64,000 bases of DNA from Syntrophales bacterium (GTDB lineage Bacteria; Desulfobacterota; Syntrophia; Syntrophales; PHBD01): NCBI GenBank assembly GCA_963668175.1, contig OY764159.1:1408001-1472000 (forward strand), read 5' to 3'. The notes beneath the pieces were generated by a model, which did no database searches, was not told the origin of the DNA, and saw nothing but the letters and a program-made list of their open reading frames with translations. The position numbers and the translations under genes were made by a program. Of the stretch, positions 58,472 to 64,000 are shown in pieces. How positions within the stretch are numbered: the first letter of the stretch is position 1; each line of letters starts with the position of its first letter.

Positions 58472-59722
58472 TCATTCGTAAATCTTTTCGCCTTCGGCTT
58501 CCGCTTCGGCGGCGTCCAGTTCGACGTCGCGGGTTATGCCCCTGGCCTTCTGCATAAGGTATTCCCGGTACCATTCGTGGGCGGTGATCATGGACATGAC
58601 CTCGCTCGTTCCGGTCCAGATGGACGCAAGCCGGACGTCCCGATGGATTCGTTCAATGGGGAAGATGTTGGTGTAGCCGATTCCGCCGACGACCTGCATG
58701 GCGTTGTGGACCACCTTCTGGCAGGATTCGGTGATGAATTTCTTCGATTCGGAGACCATCCGGCGGACCCGGTTCATGTCCGCGCCACGGTCGACCGCGC
58801 AGGCGGTTGCGTGGGCCAGCGCCCGTGCCGCGTCGAGCAGCATGACCGCCTCGGCGATTTGGAAGCTGACCCCTTCGAACTGGGCGATGACCTTGCCGAA
58901 GGCCTTCCGGCGCGACGTGTAAGCCGTAGCGACCTCCAGGGCCGGACGGGCCGCGCCGATCGTCATGGCCGCCGTACCCAGCCTCTCCGGGATCATCATG
59001 GTGTTGAAGACATCGTAGGCCCCGTTCACCCGGCCGATGACGTTCTCCCTGGGGACGCGGACATCCCTGAAGACCAGTCGCGCCGTGCCTCCGCCCCGGC
59101 ATCCCATCAGGCCGTAAAGGTATTTCGTCTCCACGCCTGGACCCCTGTCGACGATGAAGGCCGTTAACGTTTCCTGGGGGTTGGCCTTGGGATCGAAATT
59201 GGTCCGGGCATAGAGCAGGAAGAAATCGGCCCCTTCTCCGCCGACGATGAACCGCTTCTGGCCGTTGATGAGGAAATGGTCGCCCTTGTCTTCCGCCGTG
59301 GTCGTGGCGCCGAAGAAATCGGAGCCGCCCCGCGGCTCGGTCAGACACTCGGCGGCGAAAATCTCCCCGGCCAGGAGCGGTTTGACGTACTTTTCCTTCT
59401 GCGCATCCGTTCCGTGCAGGACGATGGCGTCGCAGACCAGCTCCGCCCCGACGCCGAAGACGCAGGCGAATTCGTAACCCAGGGTCCCGATCTCCTCCAT
59501 GAGCATGCAGGTCGTCACCCAGTCCATCTCCCGGCCGCCCCACCGCTTCGGATAGCGACAGCCCATAAGGTTTCGCCGGGCGGCCTCCCGGAGAAATTCC
59601 TTGGGAAACTTGATCTTGTCCTCGTCCATGTCCAGTATCATCCGGCGGGGAACCCATTTCACGAGGTCGCGGGCCTCGTCCCGTATCGCAAGCTGCTCCT
59701 TCGTTAGCATGTAGTCGAACAT
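58472..59722 (-). CDS. Acyl-CoA dehydrogenase
   Basis: CLTEPRGGSD, INGQKRFI, R.AFG..I..F.G, QVVGGIGY, RDVRLASIWTGTSEV. Confidence 0.95.
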   Translation of the reverse strand: MFDYMLTKEQLAIRDEARDLVKWVPRRMILDMDEDKIKFPKEFLREAARRNLMGCRYPKRWGGREMDWVTTCMLMEEIGTLGYEFACVFGVGAELVCDAIVLHGTDAQKEKYVKPLLAGEIFAAECLTEPRGGSDFFGATTTAEDKGDHFLINGQKRFIVGGEGADFFLLYARTNFDPKANPQETLTAFIVDRGPGVETKYLYGLMGCRGGGTARLVFRDVRVPRENVIGRVNGAYDVFNTMMIPERLGTAAMTIGAARPALEVATAYTSRRKAFGKVIAQFEGVSFQIAEAVMLLDAARALAHATACAVDRGADMNRVRRMVSESKKFITESCQKVVHNAMQVVGGIGYTNIFPIERIHRDVRLASIWTGTSEVMSMITAHEWYREYLMQKARGITRDVELDAAEAEAEGEKIYE

Positions 59723-59776
59723 CGTCGTCTCCTCGGCCTCGTCCTGATCGCGGACGTTATTTTATATCGGTCGGAA

Positions 59777-60094
59777 TCATTTTATGAAGAAAAGTTCCGA
59801 ACATCTCCTGTAGTCCTCTTTTCTCATATTTTCGATGAACTGCAACTGCTTTTCCGGCAGGGTGTACGATCCGTCCGCCTGTTTCTCGCCGTTCTGTTCA
59901 AGATACGTTTGATAACGGTATTTGGCCTCGGCGAAACAATCATCCCTCTGTTTGAGTATGGCGCGGTGCCGCACCGCCCCTTCGCTCGTGTAGTATGTCC
60001 AGGCGGCCCAGAATATCAGGATCGCCAGGACGACAATCGTCCCCGCCAGCTCAATGAAAATCCTCATCCGCCTGCTCATGCGTTTCTTCGGCAT
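59777..60094 (-). CDS. Hypothetical single-pass membrane protein
   Basis: Basic N-terminus, one TM helix, small exported domain with two Cys; AAGGG RBS. Confidence 0.55.
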   Translation of the reverse strand: MPKKRMSRRMRIFIELAGTIVVLAILIFWAAWTYYTSEGAVRHRAILKQRDDCFAEAKYRYQTYLEQNGEKQADGSYTLPEKQLQFIENMRKEDYRRCSELFFIK

Positions 60095-60264
60095 CGAAAT
60101 TCCCTTATGCCGCCTGTTCCCGCGGCAATCCCGTACGGAAATGTTTTGCTATTGTCACTAATTCAACATATACCATAAAAAAACGATAAACGACAAACAA
60201 CTCCTTGATCAAAGCCCCCGAGGCGAAGCAATTCCGGCCGTGGTCCGGGGAGAAGGAAGGCAAA

Positions 60265-61167
60265 ATGATTCGGGGCAGGCCCGTCAAAAAAGGACTATGT
60301 GTTTTATTCCTGATTGTTCTTACGGCGTTCGCGGCAGCCCGGCCGCTTCCCGCCCAGGAGTCCTCCGAATGCCGGAAGATCAGCCTGTGGAAAGTCTCCT
60401 CCGGACGGAATGCCGTTTATCTCCTGGGCTCCATCCATTTCCTGAAAAAAGAGAACTATCCGCTCCCTACCGCGATGGAGAAAGCCTTTGCGGATGCCTC
60501 CGCCGTCGTTTTCGAACTGGACCTGGACGAGGCCGGAGGTGCGAACGACCTCCTCGCCCGGGGCATGTACCCCCCCGGCCGGACTTTGAAAGAAGCTGTC
60601 GGGAAGAATACCTATGAGCGCCTCCGGCAGAAAGCCGCCGAATTGGGCGCAGACATCAGAACACTTCAGAATTTCAGGCCCTGGTTCGTCACCTTCACCC
60701 TTCTTTCCCTGAAACTGCATGCGCTGGGCTTCAATCCCGCCTACGGCATCGACCGATACTTCCAGACCAGGGCGAAGAAAACGAACAAGGAAATCCTGGC
60801 CCTCGAAACGACCGGCGAACAGGTAGACGTTTTTGCCGGCCTTACGGACCGCGACCAGGAGGCCCTTATCCTGCAGACTATCGAAGACATGGACACGATG
60901 GACGAGGAACTCGGGCGGCTGGTCGCGGCCTGGCGCTGCGGCGACGGAGCGGCCCTGGCGGGGATGATGTTCAAAAGCTACGCGGAATTTCCGGTGCTCT
61001 ACGACCGGATCATTATCAGGAGGAACCAGAAGTGGATGGCCGCCATCGACGGCTATCTGCGGCAGGGGAGGAATTTCCTCGTGGTCGTCGGGGCGGGCCA
61101 CCTGGTCGGCGACGACGGCCTCGTCGGGATGCTCAGGAAAAAAGGCTACAGGGTCGAGCAGCTATGA
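60265..61167 (+). CDS. TraB/GumN (TIKI) family protein
   Basis: Signal peptide, LWKV...[28 protein letters not shown]. Confidence 0.9.
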   Translation: MIRGRPVKKGLCVLFLIVLTAFAAARPLPAQESSECRKISLWKVSSGRNAVYLLGSIHFLKKENYPLPTAMEKAFADASAVVFELDLDEAGGANDLLARGMYPPGRTLKEAVGKNTYERLRQKAAELGADIRTLQNFRPWFVTFTLLSLKLHALGFNPAYGIDRYFQTRAKKTNKEILALETTGEQVDVFAGLTDRDQEALILQTIEDMDTMDEELGRLVAAWRCGDGAALAGMMFKSYAEFPVLYDRIIIRRNQKWMAAIDGYLRQGRNFLVVVGAGHLVGDDGLVGMLRKKGYRVEQL

Positions 61168-63807
61168 GGGTTTCTTTTTCCCCAGCCGTTCCTTCCAGAC
61201 GTTGATCCGGTTCATCGCCTCCAGGGGCGAGAGGGTCATGATATCGAGATCCGCGATCTCCTCCAGAATGTCATCGTCCTCGTTCCGGAACAGGCTGAGC
61301 TGGTCCTTGTTCCTGTTCGGCGTATCCTTCTTGCCCTTGGCGATTTTCGGCAGCCCCACGGCGTCCAGTTCGCCTTTTTCGAGATTGGCAAGGACTTCTT
61401 TCGCCCGGACGATGACATCGTCGGGGACTCCGGCGATGCGGGCCACCTGGATGCCGTAACTGCGGTTTGTTCCCCCCTCCATGATCTTCCGGAGGAAGAT
61501 AATCCGGTCCCCCCACTCCTTCACGGCTATGTTGTAGTTCTTCACCCCGTCCTTGGTCAGGGCCAGTTCCATGAGCTGGTGGTAATGCGTGGCAAAAAGC
61601 GTGCGCGACCCCAGGCCTGCCGCGTCGTGGATGTATTCGGCCACTGCCCAGGCGATGCTCAGGCCGTCGAAGGTGCTGGTGCCCCGGCCCACTTCGTCCA
61701 GGATGATGAGGCTCCGCGGTGTGGCGTGAATCAGGATGTTCGCCACTTCGTTCATCTCCACCATGAATGTGCTCTGTCCCCGGGAAAGGTTGTCTGCGGC
61801 GCCGATCCGGGTGAAGATGCGGTCCACGATGCCGATGTGCGCCTCGGCCGCCGGGACGAAGCTCCCCATCTGGGCCATGAGGACGATCAGGGCGACCTGG
61901 CGGATGAACGTCGACTTCCCCGCCATGTTGGGACCCGTGATGATGAGGAAACGGTTGCGGTCCATGTCCATGACGACGTCGTTGGGGACGAAGCCGTCCG
62001 TCAGGTTCATCTTTTCCACGACGGGATGCCGGCCGTCCCGGATGTCGATCCGGTCCCCGTCGTCGACGGCGGGACGGACGTAATGGTTCTTTTCGGCTAC
62101 CTCCGCAAGCGACGCCAGGGCGTCCAGTTCGGCGATCCGGGAAGCCGTTATCTGCAGGCGCCTGATTTCGGCGGCGACGGCATTGCGGATTTCTAGAAAC
62201 AGTTCATACTCCCGCTCCTGCCTCCGGTCCTCGGCATGGAGCACCGTCTGCTCGTAGCCTTTCAGCTCTTCGTTGATGTACCGCTCCGCGTTGACGAGGG
62301 TCTGTTTGCGGACGTAATCGCCGGGAATGGCTTCCGTGCGGGCTTTCGATATCTCGATGTAGTAGCCGAAGACGCTGTTGTAGCCCACCTTGAGGGAGTT
62401 GATGCCCGTCCGCTTCCGCTCCTTTTCTTCCAGGGCGGCAATCCATTTCCTGCCGTCCCGGGTCACGGCGACGATCTCGTCGAGCTTCGCGTCGAAACCC
62501 TCCCGGATCATGCCCCCTTCGCGGATCGTCAGCGGCGGATCGTCCGCAATGGACCGCTCGATGAGGGACTTGACGTCGGGCATCTCGTCTATCTCTTGCT
62601 TTATATTGACAATAGCCGGGGCCGTCAATTCGGCAGTCAGCCTCTTGATTTCCGGGAGCGCTCTCAGGGAGTTGCCGAGGGCCGTGAGGTCCCTCGCATT
62701 GGCGACGCCCATGGCGATCCGGGCGCCCAGCCGCTCCATGTCGTAGACGCTGCCCAGGACCTTCCTGATCCCTTCCCGGACGAGATGATGCTCCTTGATG
62801 TCGCCGACCGCCCCGAGCCGCTCCGCGATCCGTTCGGGAGAGACGAGGGGGTAGCTGAGCCAGTTGCGAAGTTTCCTGCCGCCCATGGCCGTGACGGTTT
62901 CGTCGATGACCTGGAACAGCGACCCCTTCTTGCTTCGTCCGGCAATGGTCGAAAAGAGCTCCAGATTGGCCTTCGCGATTTCATCGACGATCAGGAAGTG
63001 GTCGGTTTCGTACCGCTCGATTCCGGTAATGTGGCCGAGATGCTCCTTCTGGGTTTCGACGGCGTACCGCAGCGCGGCCCCTGCCGCGGCCGCCGCTGCC
63101 GGGCGGCTGTCAAGCCCCGCGGCCTTCAGGGTGTCCGCGCCGAAGAATTCCGTCAAGACCGCCGCGGCATCGTCCCTCCGGAAGTAGTCCGACGTCAGGC
63201 GGTTGACCGTGCCTGCGGCATCGCTTCCGGAAAAGAGCGCCAGAAGGTCCCGGTCTTTGAGGTCCTCTGGAATCAGGACCTCGCGCAGATGATAACCCGC
63301 GGCTTCGGCAAGGAAATTGGCCTTGTCCCTCGATTCGGTCACGCGGAACTCCCCGGTGGAGATGTCCAGGCAGGCGAGACCGAGGGTTTCGCCGTCGGCG
63401 GCGACGGCCCCGAGGAAGTTGTTTTCCTTCGCGTCGAGGTTGTCCGGATCGACGACCAGCCCCGGCGTGACGACGCGGACGACTTCGCGCCTGACGACGC
63501 CCTTGGCCAGTTTCGGGTCTTCCACCTGCTCGCAGATCGCGACCTTGAAGCCCTTGTCGATCAGCTTCGCGATGTAGGCCGAGGCGGCATGATAGGGAAC
63601 GCCGCATAGGGGGATGGCGCCTTCCTTGTTCTTGTTTCTCGATGTCAGGGTGATTTCCAGGGCCTGCGAGGCGATGACGGCATCCTCGAAAAACATCTCG
63701 TAAAAGTCGCCCATCCGGAAGAAAAGAATGCAGTCGCTGTATTGTTCCTTGATGTCCATATACTGACGCATCGCCGGCGTCAGGTCCACCGTTCCCTTTA
63801 TTCCCAA
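61162..63807 (-). CDS. mutS: DNA mismatch repair protein MutS
   Basis: [49 protein letters not shown]; alternative GTG start at 63789. Confidence 0.98.
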   Translation of the reverse strand: MGIKGTVDLTPAMRQYMDIKEQYSDCILFFRMGDFYEMFFEDAVIASQALEITLTSRNKNKEGAIPLCGVPYHAASAYIAKLIDKGFKVAICEQVEDPKLAKGVVRREVVRVVTPGLVVDPDNLDAKENNFLGAVAADGETLGLACLDISTGEFRVTESRDKANFLAEAAGYHLREVLIPEDLKDRDLLALFSGSDAAGTVNRLTSDYFRRDDAAAVLTEFFGADTLKAAGLDSRPAAAAAAGAALRYAVETQKEHLGHITGIERYETDHFLIVDEIAKANLELFSTIAGRSKKGSLFQVIDETVTAMGGRKLRNWLSYPLVSPERIAERLGAVGDIKEHHLVREGIRKVLGSVYDMERLGARIAMGVANARDLTALGNSLRALPEIKRLTAELTAPAIVNIKQEIDEMPDVKSLIERSIADDPPLTIREGGMIREGFDAKLDEIVAVTRDGRKWIAALEEKERKRTGINSLKVGYNSVFGYYIEISKARTEAIPGDYVRKQTLVNAERYINEELKGYEQTVLHAEDRRQEREYELFLEIRNAVAAEIRRLQITASRIAELDALASLAEVAEKNHYVRPAVDDGDRIDIRDGRHPVVEKMNLTDGFVPNDVVMDMDRNRFLIITGPNMAGKSTFIRQVALIVLMAQMGSFVPAAEAHIGIVDRIFTRIGAADNLSRGQSTFMVEMNEVANILIHATPRSLIILDEVGRGTSTFDGLSIAWAVAEYIHDAAGLGSRTLFATHYHQLMELALTKDGVKNYNIAVKEWGDRIIFLRKIMEGGTNRSYGIQVARIAGVPDDVIVRAKEVLANLEKGELDAVGLPKIAKGKKDTPNRNKDQLSLFRNEDDDILEEIADLDIMTLSPLEAMNRINVWKERLGKKKPS

Positions 63808-64000
63808 CGTCCCCCCCTCTTGGTCATATCGATGTACTCCACGCGGCCCCTGTCGCTGACGAAGGAACTCAAAAGCCAGTTGACGATGCTGATGATCAGG
63901 GACCCGAAGACGGCGGTCCAGAAGCCGTCGATTTCAAAACCGGGGATGAAACCCGAAGCCAGCTTCAGGATGAAGGCGTTGATCAGGAACGTAAACAAAC
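63798..64000 (-). CDS. 5'-truncated YvlD/phage-holin-4-like membrane protein
   Basis: [11 protein letters not shown]...[21 protein letters not shown]; runs off the window end. Confidence 0.75.
   Translation of the reverse strand, partial: LFTFLINAFILKLASGFIPGFEIDGFWTAVFGSLIISIVNWLLSSFVSDRGRVEYIDMTKRGGRWE

Noticed and set aside
60265..61167. 'TraB' as a conjugation gene
   Set aside because: TraB/GumN/TIKI is a metalloprotease-like family; no relaxase or T4SS genes are present.
63798..64000. Holin-family gene as a prophage marker
   Set aside because: YvlD-like proteins are commonly chromosomal; it overlaps mutS and no phage genes are in view.
1..64000. CRISPR arrays, tRNA/rRNA genes, IS elements, defence systems
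   Set aside because: No regularly spaced repeats, cloverleaf or rRNA signatures, transposase motifs or defence-gene motifs seen by eye; intergenic gaps are all under about 400 bp. tRNAscan/Infernal were not run.

Overview
A gene-dense, GC-rich chromosomal segment from an anaerobic Gram-negative bacterium. Gene content and order (kdsA-kdsC-lptCAB-rpoN-hpf-ptsN-hprK-rapZ, class III RNR, rubrerythrin, PAS-rich kinases, acyl-CoA enzymes) suggest a syntrophic Deltaproteobacterium/Desulfobacterota; this is inference only. I found no tRNA, rRNA, CRISPR array, IS element or prophage. Main blocks: (1) 1-3705, the tail of a cluster resembling mycobacterial methylmannose-polysaccharide (MMP) genes (MmpH-like hydrolase, MeT1-like O-methyltransferase), extended by a hexapeptide acyltransferase and a B12-dependent radical SAM enzyme; (2) nrdD-nrdG with tandem NrdR boxes, plus a GAF/HD-GYP gene; (3) bepA-like-btsS-btsR and cstA with a BtsR-type direct repeat; (4) 15010-26959, a soluble group 3 [NiFe]-hydrogenase operon of HydABC(D)-SL type whose NuoF/HydB subunit is fused to a GltD/NfnB-like module, with a DRTGG/DRTGG/PHP/HATPase module at its head and a convergent CBS-RsbT-like kinase gene; (5) xerD, a TPR protein and the LPS/rpoN operon with a degenerate HprK; (6) housekeeping and stress genes (M23 peptidase, coaBC, udg, nfeD/SPFH, rubrerythrin, enoyl-CoA hydratase, Na/Pi symporter, hybrid kinase, degP, PAS-LuxR, a candidate sRNA, cheD, acyl-CoA dehydrogenase, TraB/GumN, mutS). 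All family calls come from motif recognition by eye; no database searches were run.
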